Positions 39,165 to 48,437 of a stretch of DNA of 64,000 nucleotides are shown here, piece by piece. This DNA is from Candidatus Uhrbacteria bacterium (GTDB lineage Bacteria > Patescibacteriota > Patescibacteriia > UBA9934 > GWF2-40-263), in the NCBI GenBank assembly GCA_016844925.1, contig JAERTI010000043.1, positions 2,386 to 66,385 of the forward strand, written 5' to 3'. A program made the position numbers and the translations under genes. Under the pieces are notes generated by a model, which was not told the origin of the DNA, searched no databases, and was given only the letters and a program-made list of their open reading frames with translations. Each line of letters starts with the position of its first letter. The first letter of the stretch is position 1.

Positions 39165-39238
39165 AGATGGCGCTATTTTAGCATATTGCGGTGAAATTTC
39201 GCCGGAAGCGTCAAGGGACGAGGTTTCGTCAGTATTGA

Positions 39239-39267
39239 TTGACAAAATCGCCATTTCCTGGTATCTT
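39239..39267 (+). promoter_or_regulatory. sigma70-type promoter driving the right array
   Basis: TTGACA-N17-TATCTT with extended -10 TG. Confidence 0.75.
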
Positions 39268-39332
39268 CTGTCGTTCTTCAAAAGCCAAAAACCTGAGGTT
39301 TTGTGCACACTGGAGAGAGTCACAAAACCAAG

Positions 39333-39392
39333 AAAAAAGCCTGTGTTTGTAGGGAAATACCCTCTTCTCTCCAAACACAGGCTCTTTTGTTT
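39333..39392 (+). terminator. leader hairpin plus U-tract (attenuator candidate) of the right array
   Basis: agcctgtgtttg...caaacacaggct-cttttgttt. Confidence 0.6.
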
Positions 39393-39490
39393 GAGAAGGT
39401 TCCCCTTTGGTCCACCAATAAATGCCTGTATCCTGCAGCGTTGTTGGCTCAAAGGGGAACTTCCTCCCAATGACTCTAGCAAGAGGCGCG

Positions 39491-39916
39491 ATGAAGCGTG
39501 ATGAGTTGCGGCACATGCCGCGGAAGACCACCGATAAGATCGGTGAGCAGGTAGGACGGGAGATCAACGAACGCATGGAAACCGGACGGTTTCGTGGGTG
39601 GCTGATGCGGCGACACTGGGTGTGGCTGTGGGTCATCATCGCGGGCAGCTGGGGACTGGACTTCGTGATCAACCACGCGCTGATGGCAGCCAACCTGGCG
39701 GCCGGACTCGGGCACTGGATCGACTGCATCCTGGGCCCCATCGATGCCGCCCTGGTCGCCGCCGCGCCGCTGGCGTCGGTGCGTGAGCTCTGGCGTCGTG
39801 TCTGGGTTCTGTACGACCGGTGGCGCCTGAGCCCCACCTCGGTGCCTGTGCCCAAGGCAGAGGTCCCCGAAGGTGCGTCAGTTCACGAGGAGGCCACGGA
39901 CGAGTCCGTCGCCTAA
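39491..39916 (+). CDS. membrane protein; ORF0 of the right array
   Basis: GAGG SD; hydrophobic segments; first repeat follows the stop. Confidence 0.62.
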   Translation: MKRDELRHMPRKTTDKIGEQVGREINERMETGRFRGWLMRRHWVWLWVIIAGSWGLDFVINHALMAANLAAGLGHWIDCILGPIDAALVAAAPLASVRELWRRVWVLYDRWRLSPTSVPVPKAEVPEGASVHEEATDESVA

Positions 39917-40073
39917 GCACAACGGCCCGAGCGGCCTGCGAGTCTCGCAGCGCTAGCTCGGGACTCCATAGAAAACTCTGTGAGGTGCACTCTCCAGCAT
40001 CGCACGGGGATTTCTACGGAGTTTCGACTTCGGACAACAGCAAATCCCACAATGCTGGGTAAAGGATTGGTCA

Positions 40074-40544
40074 GTGACCAGTCATTCGTTGGAAAGAGCA
40101 ATTCGTTTGGGTCCTGAGACCCTTCGTAAGTATCGGGACACGAATCCCGACGATTGTGCTCTCTGGGGAGCGGACTTTAGCGGGTTGAATTTGGCAGGTG
40201 TTGATCTGTCGGGTATCTCCTGCTGGAACGTGAACTTCTCAGGTGCCAACCTTGCAGGGGCGAACCTCTCTCATGGCTCCTTCTGGAACTCGAACTTCTC
40301 GGGAGCAGACCTCGCGGGAGCGAACCTGTCCAACATGTCGTGTAACAGAGCGTGCTTTTTCGAGGCAAACCTCGCGGGAGCGAACTTCTCTTATACCTCC
40401 TGTTGGGATATGTGCTTTTTCGAGGCCAACCTCGCAGGAGCGAACTTCTCCCACAGTTCCTTCTGGGATCCGAACTTCTCAGGGGCCAACCTCGCAGGGG
40501 CGAGCCTTGGCGGGATGTGGCGTATTGACACGCGTGGAGATTAG
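40074..40544 (+). CDS. pentapeptide-repeat protein with 20-aa periodicity
   Basis: (F..ANLAGANFS..S.W)n, ~60-bp tandem DNA repeats. Confidence 0.82.
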   Translation: MTSHSLERAIRLGPETLRKYRDTNPDDCALWGADFSGLNLAGVDLSGISCWNVNFSGANLAGANLSHGSFWNSNFSGADLAGANLSNMSCNRACFFEANLAGANFSYTSCWDMCFFEANLAGANFSHSSFWDPNFSGANLAGASLGGMWRIDTRGD

Positions 40545-40784
40545 TTCACCCAGAGGTTCGCAGCCTTGAGTTAAGGGTCGCGAGCAAAGACTAAGAGTGG
40601 GTTGAGAGGCAACTCCGAAGAAAACAAACGACGCAAACCCGAGCTTTGCGGCCGGGATCCACCCAGGGTCTCGCAGCACTAGCTCGGGACTCCATAGAAA
40701 ATTCTGTGAGATGCACTCTCCAGCATCGCACGGGGGTTTCTACGGAGTTCTGAACTCTGACAACCAAACCCCAACCACAGGAAG

Positions 40785-41777
40785 GTGCGAGTGTTCGCAT
40801 GCTACGCCGAGGATCTGGGCCTGACCGGGCTCGTGGACCTCTGGGAGTACCGCTATCTGGCGCAGGAGGAGTCGCCGGAGAAGCTGGAGATGATGTGGGA
40901 CGAGGATCAGCTTCACCGCGAAGCGCTGGGTCTGTGCAACAAGTACAGCCTGGACGAGGAGTGGTCGGAGTCCGACCTGGTGCAGATGGTCTACAACCCG
41001 TCCTGGTACACCTCGTCCTTCGGGGAGTACTGGAGCGAGTGCTCTGACAGTGCGCGCGACCGCTTCTGCCTGATGATGCGCGAGGCGGCCCTGATCGCCC
41101 TGCAGATGCGCAAGGGGATCTACATGGATCCCGTGGACATCGAGCTGAGCGACTGGGACCACGACCTGGAGTACTACTGCGCGAGCAAGGCTGCCGCCAT
41201 GGTGCGCCGGGCTCAGCGGCACTTCACCAAGATCCAGGACCCTGGCAATCGCGAGTCGCGCCGGGCGAGTCGTCTGCACACCGAGGCGGCGCGTGGTCCC
41301 CAGTGGGCCAAGCACAAGCCGGGCTTCAACCCCGTCGAGCACTGCCGTGCTGGCCAGCTCGAGACCGAGCTGTGGACCGAGCAGAACCTGCAGGACGATG
41401 CTCAGGAGCTGATGGCTCGTGACGAGGAAGATGTCGAGTGTGAGCGCTGCGAGCGCGAGTACCGCGAGGAGCTGCGCGAGTTCGAATGGGAGCTGGAGAT
41501 GCTCTTGTACGAGAGCTACTACTGCGACGACCCTTGTTCGTGCTTGTACTGCATGGAGGATCAGGAACTGGACTGGGAGCAGGACGACTGCTGGGATGAT
41601 GAGCCTGGTGACTACGGTCTTCTGGACGTGACCTTCATCGGTCTGAACTCCAGCGGTGGACGTCGCCGGAAGATGGCGCGCGGTCCCCAGTGGGCCAAGC
41701 ACATCCCGGGCTTCAACCCCCGCAAGCCCGAGCGCCACAAGTTCGACATTCGCAAGGTAGCAACCTTCGCCGCCTGA
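40785..41777 (+). CDS. Asp/Glu/Cys-rich protein with two RGPQWAK motifs
   Basis: GGAAGG SD; RGPQWAKHKPGFNP and RGPQWAKHIPGFNP. Confidence 0.78.
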   Translation: MRVFACYAEDLGLTGLVDLWEYRYLAQEESPEKLEMMWDEDQLHREALGLCNKYSLDEEWSESDLVQMVYNPSWYTSSFGEYWSECSDSARDRFCLMMREAALIALQMRKGIYMDPVDIELSDWDHDLEYYCASKAAAMVRRAQRHFTKIQDPGNRESRRASRLHTEAARGPQWAKHKPGFNPVEHCRAGQLETELWTEQNLQDDAQELMARDEEDVECERCEREYREELREFEWELEMLLYESYYCDDPCSCLYCMEDQELDWEQDDCWDDEPGDYGLLDVTFIGLNSSGGRRRKMARGPQWAKHIPGFNPRKPERHKFDIRKVATFAA

Positions 41778-41920
41778 ACACGGGCACATCGCCCAACGAC
41801 CCGAGTGTGAGCTCGAGATTCGCTGACAAGCCGTCAGTACGGAGTCTCGCGCTTAACACTCGGGACTCCACACGACGATTCGTTAACAGAACGAGTGGTC
41901 ATGAGGAGGAAGGAGAAGAG

Positions 41921-42271
41921 ATGCTCTTGCTGTTTTTGATCCTGTCGGCTCCGGTGCCGGGGGTCGTGGCTGCTCAGGTAGTCACCATTCCCGACGAGCC
42001 CGGACCGGTCAGGCCCGTTCCCGACGAGCCCAAGCGTCTGGATCCGCCCATCGCAGCGGTTCCGCCTGAGGAACTGGTCTTCGAGCTGGGTCGTCGAGAG
42101 GTGCTGATTCGCGAGGAGGAGTTCATCATGCCGGTGCCCCCCAAGGGTTCCCGCGTCGAGAAGGCCGCCAACGCGAGGATGTACAAGGACTGGCGCAAGC
42201 CCGCGGGAGTTCCGCAGGCGCACCGCCGACCCCACCACAAGACCAGGCGCACCCGCGTCCGGTTTCACTAG
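41921..42271 (+). CDS. signal-peptide-bearing Pro-rich protein
   Basis: GGAGGAAGGAG SD; MLLLFLILSAP. Confidence 0.6.
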   Translation: MLLLFLILSAPVPGVVAAQVVTIPDEPGPVRPVPDEPKRLDPPIAAVPPEELVFELGRREVLIREEEFIMPVPPKGSRVEKAANARMYKDWRKPAGVPQAHRRPHHKTRRTRVRFH

Positions 42272-42294
42272 CGCAACGCGCATACTGGAGGAAG

Positions 42295-42519
42295 ATGTCA
42301 GGACTCAAGCCGGCATTCGGATCCACGAAAGGAAAAGGAAAGCGCTCGCGCGTGCTCAGGCAGAAGCGGCGTGCTGAGATCCCGTTCGACAGAGCGGCGG
42401 ATCGGGCGCTGCGGGCAAATGCCGCGGCACGCGTGGAGGACACGATCGACCCGGAGATCATCGAGCGGTACGGGGGCAGGGCTCCCAGGGTGACCGCCTG
42501 GCGACGGGAAGACGAGTAG
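42295..42519 (+). CDS. small basic protein
   Basis: GGAGG SD directly upstream. Confidence 0.6.
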   Translation: MSGLKPAFGSTKGKGKRSRVLRQKRRAEIPFDRAADRALRANAAARVEDTIDPEIIERYGGRAPRVTAWRREDE

Positions 42520-42682
42520 AAGGCTGGCTGAGGCTAGTCAACGAATACGACCCGAGCGGTCGGTTGCGAGTCTCGCAGCTGCACGCTCGGGACTCCAATG
42601 GAGACGGGCCAAGGGGGCTCGTTTGCTAGGGGTGCCGCAAGGCATTTCCGAAACCCACCATTCAACCTGTAGGAAGGTTTGA

Positions 42683-43231
42683 GTGCTGATCAACGCAATC
42701 ATGAACGGCGAAGAGACCCTGTTGGGTCTGGTGAATCAGGACACGCTGGCGTGCGCGGGTGGCGAGTGCGCCGTGGACTACGACACCGAGGGCGAGGACA
42801 TGCCCTTCATCGCCTACGTGGCCAAGCAGATCCTCGACGCCGAGTACTTCGAGGAGTACCCGATCTGTCAGTTGGTGGACATCTACCGCCGACCGATCGA
42901 GCACCTGGACACGTACCTCGAGTGGATCGAGGTGGCCATCACCGACAAGACTGCGTGCCTGATCCTGCGTGCCGCCGCCCTGATGGCCCTCAAGGCCCAG
43001 GCGGAGGATGAGATGGACCGGGAGTACACCCGCACCGAGCCCACGCCCGAGGACTACGGCATCAAGCCGATCCGCAGCGGCATGGGTCCCCGGTATCGCG
43101 GTGTCCCGGACTACATCAAGGACTACGATCCGGAGGACCGCCTCATCATCGACGAGGACGGCAACGAGTTCCGGCTGGCCATGATCAGCTGGAAGGACCT
43201 GGGTCGGTACACGCGGCAGTACGCCGCCTGA
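42683..43231 (+). CDS. acidic hypothetical protein ending in -YAA
   Basis: AGGAAGG SD; strong GC3 codon bias; LILRAAALMAL resembles LMMREAALIAL of 40785..41777. Confidence 0.72.
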   Translation: MLINAIMNGEETLLGLVNQDTLACAGGECAVDYDTEGEDMPFIAYVAKQILDAEYFEEYPICQLVDIYRRPIEHLDTYLEWIEVAITDKTACLILRAAALMALKAQAEDEMDREYTRTEPTPEDYGIKPIRSGMGPRYRGVPDYIKDYDPEDRLIIDEDGNEFRLAMISWKDLGRYTRQYAA

Positions 43232-43394
43232 ACAACGGGGGCGCTCCCCACGCCGGGGAGCGCCCGCCCGAGCGAGTCCCACGACTTGCTCGGGACTCCA
43301 TCTTGCTTCTCGATTTGATCGAGCGGCGGGATGGAGCACAGTGGTAGAGCTCCTTGGGCTGGCATGGTGCCGGTCTGGTGTCGAGGTAATCGAC

Positions 43395-43634
43395 ATGACC
43401 AAGTCTGATTTGAAGGATGTGCTGGAAAATCTGTTTTGCCTGGTGGCTGCTGCCATCATGCTGGGTTGTTGGGCGACACTCTCGCTTGATGATGCTGTGT
43501 GGGGATTGGCCATTGGGGCAGCGACCTTTCCTTTCTTCATCGTGCTTGTGCGTTTCCTGAGCGCAGACAGCTCCAAGGCGGATCCTGGAACCGGCGCTGA
43601 AGGAGTTCCGCAGGTGGAAAAGCCTTCGGTCTGA
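43395..43634 (+). CDS. small 2-TM membrane protein
   Basis: GAGGT SD; hydrophobic. Confidence 0.6.
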   Translation: MTKSDLKDVLENLFCLVAAAIMLGCWATLSLDDAVWGLAIGAATFPFFIVLVRFLSADSSKADPGTGAEGVPQVEKPSV

Positions 43635-43826
43635 AAAAAAGAAACGCCCGAGCCGTAGCGCTCAGGACTCATCGAGCCAAGCTCGAGACGGAAGTCCTTC
43701 GCAGCAGCTACGCACGCGCTCGGGACTCCATCGTTTGGCTCGACACGATCGAGACAAACGATGGAGCACAGTGGTAAAGCTCCTTGGACCGGGATTCCCT
43801 CGGTCTGGCTATAGGTGGTCATTCAA

Positions 43827-44081
43827 ATGACCCATGACAACCCTCTGAACAATGTCCCGCAGCGGATCACTGAGATCAGCAAGATGCCTCCGGGCTTCAA
43901 GCGTGATGAAGCCATCGATTCGCTTCGCATCTTCCTCGCACAGACCGTCTCGGTCGCGAGGCTCTGCCTGGCAGAGCTCGACGCAGCACTGCTGCCTCAG
44001 AGTGATCGTCCCGAACGGATGGTCGTGCCGGCACTGTCTGAGTTCTGCAGGACCTCCGAGTGGATTCGGGATCCCAAGTGA
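43827..44081 (+). CDS. small hypothetical protein
   Basis: AGGTGG upstream; GTGA overlap with the next gene; resembles 44648..44890 (LEL/coiled segment). Confidence 0.55.
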   Translation: MTHDNPLNNVPQRITEISKMPPGFKRDEAIDSLRIFLAQTVSVARLCLAELDAALLPQSDRPERMVVPALSEFCRTSEWIRDPK

Positions 44082-44491
44082 GCACATTCGTTTTCGTGGT
44101 CTTTGTCTCGTCTGAGCGAGTGAAGGCGACGGTTGTGCGGGTGACTGCCGCTGAACCAAAGGACGATGTGCGGCTTCGTGGTCGTGCCGTCGAGGTTCTG
44201 GTGGACGACACTTGGCATGAGATCGGGGTGGATGACGAGGAGGGAGGCATGTTGGGCACACAGCTCATCCGAGCCTTTTCCTCCAGTGGCCGAGCAGGTC
44301 ACTTCATCTTCAATCACCTTGGGCTGGACACCTACACCACACGCGATGGGACAATTTACCGTTGCGGTGGAAGGCACATGCCCAAGATCACTGATCTGAC
44401 GCTCGGTCTCCTCAAGGCGGCGGAGCGGATCAAGTGGCAAGAGCAGCAGGCTGCGCGAAAGCGGCAGCAAGAAGACGACCCGAGCGAGTAG
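44078..44491 (+). CDS. hypothetical protein; stop inside hairpin A
   Basis: Coupled to the previous ORF; ends DDPSE* within CCCGAGC. Confidence 0.55.
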   Translation: MSTFVFVVFVSSERVKATVVRVTAAEPKDDVRLRGRAVEVLVDDTWHEIGVDDEEGGMLGTQLIRAFSSSGRAGHFIFNHLGLDTYTTRDGTIYRCGGRHMPKITDLTLGLLKAAERIKWQEQQAARKRQQEDDPSE

Positions 44492-44647
44492 CGCTCACGT
44501 CTCCACACTGGAGGCCTTAGAAGCAGCTACGCACGCGCTCGGGACTCCATCTGACGTTTCGATACGGTCGAGACATCAGATGGAGCACAGTGGTAAAGCT
44601 CCACAAACGGCCTCAGGACGCGGGTTCCGTATTCCTGTGAAGGTCTG

Positions 44648-44890
44648 ATGTTCGAGTATCTCATGGCAGGGCCATGGTTTGGTGAGCACAGAATCGATCC
44701 CATGTGGATCAGGCAGCAGATCGTTCGAACGCTCTTGCTTCCCAAGGGCGATCTTCGTCAGTGGAGCCTCGGAGAGATCCGCAAGGAACTGACGGCTGCG
44801 CGTGATGATTGCGACAGGCTCCTGCAAGAGCTTGAAGAAGCTATCGCGGCAGATACCGAGAAGTCTGCGGCTACAGGTGACTCGGCATGA
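44648..44890 (+). CDS. small coiled-coil protein
   Basis: GAAGG SD; ATGA overlap with the next gene. Confidence 0.6.
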   Translation: MFEYLMAGPWFGEHRIDPMWIRQQIVRTLLLPKGDLRQWSLGEIRKELTAARDDCDRLLQELEEAIAADTEKSAATGDSA

Positions 44891-45102
44891 GCGGTGACAA
44901 GCCCACGCTGCCCGCCCCCAAGCTCAACCTCGGGGACCTGATCAACATGTTCTACGAGGAGTACCTGGCGCTCTACCAGGATGAAGACGTTGCCTCCGTG
45001 GCTGCCGCCGCGACGATCAACAACATCCTGCGCGACGCCGACGAGAGGGATCTGCAGATCGAACGGTCTCCAGCGCCCAAAAAAGAAACGCCCGAGCCGT
45101 AA
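44887..45102 (+). CDS. small 'ASVAAAATINNIL' family protein 1
   Basis: LINMFYEEYLALYQDEDVASVAAAATINNIL. Confidence 0.72.
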   Translation: MSGDKPTLPAPKLNLGDLINMFYEEYLALYQDEDVASVAAAATINNILRDADERDLQIERSPAPKKETPEP

Positions 45103-45285
45103 CGCTCAGGACTCATCGAGCCAAGCTCGACACGGAAGTCCTTCGCAGCAGCTACGTACGCGCTCGGGACTCCATCCCGCGTTTCGACGAGTTCGAGATG
45201 TGAGATGGGGAAACCCAACCTGGTCTCTAGGCCTCTGACCTAGATAAAAACGGGAATCCTCCCGTTTGAACAGACTACGAGCAAC

Positions 45286-45507
45286 ATGACTGATTCAAAA
45301 CAGTCGACCGATTCAAGTGGAACTGGTCTGGGGGTTCTTATCACTATGTTCTTTAACGAGTTCATGGAGATGTACGGAGACGAAGAGCTCGCCAGCGTTG
45401 CCACTGCCGCTGTGATCAACGACCTTCTTGTGGATGCTCGGGAGGAAGAAGAGCAGCACGCAAAGAACACGCACGGCAAAGATGTGAAGGGCACAAAGCA
45501 GAACTAG
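45286..45507 (+). CDS. small 'ASVAAAATINNIL' family protein 2
   Basis: LITMFFNEFMEMYGDEELASVATAAVINDLL. Confidence 0.72.
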   Translation: MTDSKQSTDSSGTGLGVLITMFFNEFMEMYGDEELASVATAAVINDLLVDAREEEEQHAKNTHGKDVKGTKQN

Positions 45508-45602
45508 CATTCTGATCCTTCGCTCGACAAAGTCGCACTGTACGAGTGCGGCCTCCATCCGACATCTTGAGTAAAGTATTCGAGGTGTGAGATGGAGGAA
45601 GT

Positions 45603-45839
45603 GTGAAGCAAGGTAAAGGCGAGAGCCTCGAGCCTCTGATCACGCTGTGGTACGACACGTACTTTGCGTTGTTCGGAGAGGGAAGCGAGGAGTTGGCGTC
45701 GGTGGCTGCTGCGGCAACCATCAACAACATCCTTGCGGACAGAGAAAAGCAGAAAAAGGTCGAGGATGCTCTGCGGCTCGTAAGGGAACACGCCGAGCCG
45801 TCGACCAGCGACGACGAGAGGGGTTCGGGGCACAACTAG
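45603..45839 (+). CDS. small 'ASVAAAATINNIL' family protein 3
   Basis: LITLWYDTYFALFGEGSEELASVAAAATINNIL. Confidence 0.72.
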   Translation: MKQGKGESLEPLITLWYDTYFALFGEGSEELASVAAAATINNILADREKQKKVEDALRLVREHAEPSTSDDERGSGHN

Positions 45840-45891
45840 TGCCTCGGGCCTCGCCTAGCAACAACGCCCCAACATCAAAAGGAGGTGTCTC

Positions 45892-46092
45892 ATGGGCAAG
45901 AAGAAGGGGAAGCGCAGCCAGCCGGTTGTGCCCAAGAAGAAGGACGATGGCACGATTGTCATCAAGCGGGAGGATCTCCCGAAGGAGCGGGGGGCTCCCA
46001 TCCCCCGTGGGCAGCGGTTTCACACCCGCAACCGTGACATCCGTCGCGGATCCCGGCGTCACCCTAAGCACAAGGGCCGGCGCGAAGATTAA
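45892..46092 (+). CDS. small Lys/Arg-rich protein
   Basis: Perfect AAAGGAGGTG SD; ends RHPKHKGRRED. Confidence 0.68.
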   Translation: MGKKKGKRSQPVVPKKKDDGTIVIKREDLPKERGAPIPRGQRFHTRNRDIRRGSRRHPKHKGRRED

Positions 46093-46233
46093 CCCCAACC
46101 TCACGGAGGTACCGATGTATACGTACATCAACGGAGCCGTGCTGAACGAGTACGGCTTCCCATCTGAGTTTTCGAATGATCGTAGGTTCGGATGGGAATC
46201 AACCCGACACCCCAAAGGAGGTATCTGGGGAAC

Positions 46234-47046
46234 ATGACAGAGCAGGAGCGGCATCGCTCAAACAACGAGACGGAGCAGCGGCTGAGGGCTGCGTCGAAGT
46301 CGATCAGGGAGGCCTGGGACGACTTTCTGGAGAGCCATCCCTCTTATACGGAAGAGACCGTACTGGAGTATGGACTTTCGTACAGCGTCTATCGGCGCGA
46401 AGTGGACCTGCGTTGCCTGGACTTGATCCAGGTGGATATGGGGCACAGTTTCTTCCTGCCAGATTGTCTTGTGGAGTTCAATCGGTGGGGCCATACCAGC
46501 CTTCTCGATGCGATCATGACCAACATCGAGTTTCGGACCTGTGTGTTCGAACGCGTGTCGTTTGCGGGCGCTGACCTGCGCGGAGCAGAGTTTCGCTCGT
46601 GTGACCTGTTCTTCGTCGATTTTCAGGAGGCGAACCTTGAGCGCGCCAACCTGGAGCGACTGAACCTGGAGATGTGTTGGTTCAAGGGAGCCAACCTGGA
46701 GATGGCGAACATTCGTCAGACCATTCTCGAGGAAGCCTACTGGTTGCCAGCACTTCTGCTGCTCTGGCGCCCGATGGATTCTCGTGAGCGGCTCTACTAC
46801 GCACGGGAGCTCATGCGCTTTCGGCGGAAGGTCCGCTGGGGAACCAATGGGGCTGATCCGTACGATGTCCGTGGCGACAAACCACAGAACGTGGACGACT
46901 TTCGTCGCTATTCAGCGGTTCACGACAACGTGTTCGAGCGAGCGTGGAGAACGCATGGGATTACCCCCGCGCAGGTGGTATCCGCACTGAAGCGTTACGC
47001 TCCAGGAACCCTGACCCGAACGGCCAGGAAGATCTTTCTCGGGTGA
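46234..47046 (+). CDS. pentapeptide-repeat protein, C-terminal type 1-like
   Basis: FAGADLRGAEF...ANLERANL; TILE...LLLLW...FERAW; AAAGGAGG SD. Confidence 0.8.
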   Translation: MTEQERHRSNNETEQRLRAASKSIREAWDDFLESHPSYTEETVLEYGLSYSVYRREVDLRCLDLIQVDMGHSFFLPDCLVEFNRWGHTSLLDAIMTNIEFRTCVFERVSFAGADLRGAEFRSCDLFFVDFQEANLERANLERLNLEMCWFKGANLEMANIRQTILEEAYWLPALLLLWRPMDSRERLYYARELMRFRRKVRWGTNGADPYDVRGDKPQNVDDFRRYSAVHDNVFERAWRTHGITPAQVVSALKRYAPGTLTRTARKIFLG

Positions 47047-47185
47047 CGACCCAACAAATACGTAACGAGAGCTGTGCAGTGACTCCGTTAGGCCACACGG
47101 GCCGACGTTGAGACCGAGCACAGCTTCCTCTCTGGCTTCTCGAGTTCGCTCGAGAGGTGAGACAGGATCTTGAACCGGAGTTCTT

Positions 47186-47611
47186 ATGACCCCTGACCAG
47201 ACGCTGGCAGTGCTGCTAGGTCTGCTTGTCGTGGTGGTGTGCGCAGGTGCGCATACGTGGTACCGCGGCTGGCGACTGCACCAGAAATCCTTCAGGAGGG
47301 CGCACTACGCGCATGTGATCCTGGATGGATCACGGATGCTCAACCGCACACACGGGTACCTCGCGTATCCGCAAGTCTACTTGTGCCCAATCTTCAAGAT
47401 CGGGTGGGAGGATGGCTACGCGTGCGTGCAGTACATGGAGGGCAGAGCGGTCGTAGATCCAGATCGATACGACGCCGAGCTCGGCGGTGAGCTCTACTTC
47501 TTCAACGATGGAGAGTGCACCCACCACGTACTCGTCGGTCACCAGATCGACGTGAAGCTCTTCTATCGGCAGCTCGGCTGCCACAGACTCAGCGCCCGCA
47601 TCGCGCTGTGA
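47186..47611 (+). CDS. N-terminal TM hypothetical protein
   Basis: GGAG SD; hydrophobic N-terminus. Confidence 0.65.
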   Translation: MTPDQTLAVLLGLLVVVVCAGAHTWYRGWRLHQKSFRRAHYAHVILDGSRMLNRTHGYLAYPQVYLCPIFKIGWEDGYACVQYMEGRAVVDPDRYDAELGGELYFFNDGECTHHVLVGHQIDVKLFYRQLGCHRLSARIAL

Positions 47612-47763
47612 CAACGGCTCAGCTGTGCCCCGACTCCCGATGACGACCATCGGTCGAGTCGCCGCACAGCTTCCCATCTTACGGATTGATCAATGTGATC
47701 GAGCTGTGAGATGGGACGTAGATCATTTTAGTTAGCCACAAGGAAGTGGCAGAAAGGGAACAC

Positions 47764-48258
47764 GTGGAAACGATTCCTGTGACAGAGATCGGGGATGCTG
47801 TGATTGTGGTGTTGATGATTCTCTTCATCCTGCTTCAGGCTGGAGTCCTCGATGTCTTGGAGCCAGTCGCTCACTGCCTCGAGAGGAAGTGGCGAGGGGT
47901 TCCGATCCTGCATGTACGCTTCCTGGACGGTGTGCCAGTGTCCGCGGAAGTGACAATCGTCTGGAGCTGCGAGGATCTCAGCTACTCCCGCAACAACGTG
48001 GCAGACTTCGAGCATGTCGCTCTGGTGGTTCGGTACCACAACAAAGGCATGCTGGATGTGCAGGCCAAGTTCGGAGAAGAGGTTCTCGTGTCCCCCCTGT
48101 GGGATGTGAGCAACCCAAGGCACACGGTCGAGTACGGGCGTTTCAAGCACCTCCTGCTTGTGTGTCCAAGTCGGGAGCATGCCGAGTCATTCAGTGAGTC
48201 GTTCGGGCTCTCTGAGATTCTCGGAACAGAACAGCTTCCCGACAAGGTGAAGCCCTAA
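47764..48258 (+). CDS. N-terminal TM hypothetical protein
   Basis: AAAGGGA SD; hydrophobic helix. Confidence 0.62.
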   Translation: METIPVTEIGDAVIVVLMILFILLQAGVLDVLEPVAHCLERKWRGVPILHVRFLDGVPVSAEVTIVWSCEDLSYSRNNVADFEHVALVVRYHNKGMLDVQAKFGEEVLVSPLWDVSNPRHTVEYGRFKHLLLVCPSREHAESFSESFGLSEILGTEQLPDKVKP

Positions 48259-48437
48259 CGACGAACGGCTGTGGCAGTGTTTCCCGGTAGCGCACCGGTT
48301 GAGATGTTGTCACGGCCGCCCATCTTACGGATTGATCAGAAGGATCGAGTCGTGAGATGGGGAAACCCAACTCGGTCTCTAGGCCAGTGTCCTAGATAAA
48401 GGCGGGAATCCTCCCGTTTGAACAGACCAAAGATGCC

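Larger units (their letters stand above)
39926..45210 (+). repeat. 8 canonical double-hairpin repeats (CCCGAG..CTCGGG-A-CTCCA..GGAG)
   Basis: Approximate copies: 39926-40021, 40638-40747, 41800-41908, 42551-42603, 43267-43336, 43647-43766, 44479-44585, 45091-45210. Confidence 0.93.

Noticed and set aside
39165-39482. Extended N-terminus of FtsK in the ORF track (also upstream extensions of many cassette ORFs through repeats)
   Set aside because: The region holds promoters and leader hairpins; real starts lie downstream, next to SD or typical N-termini.
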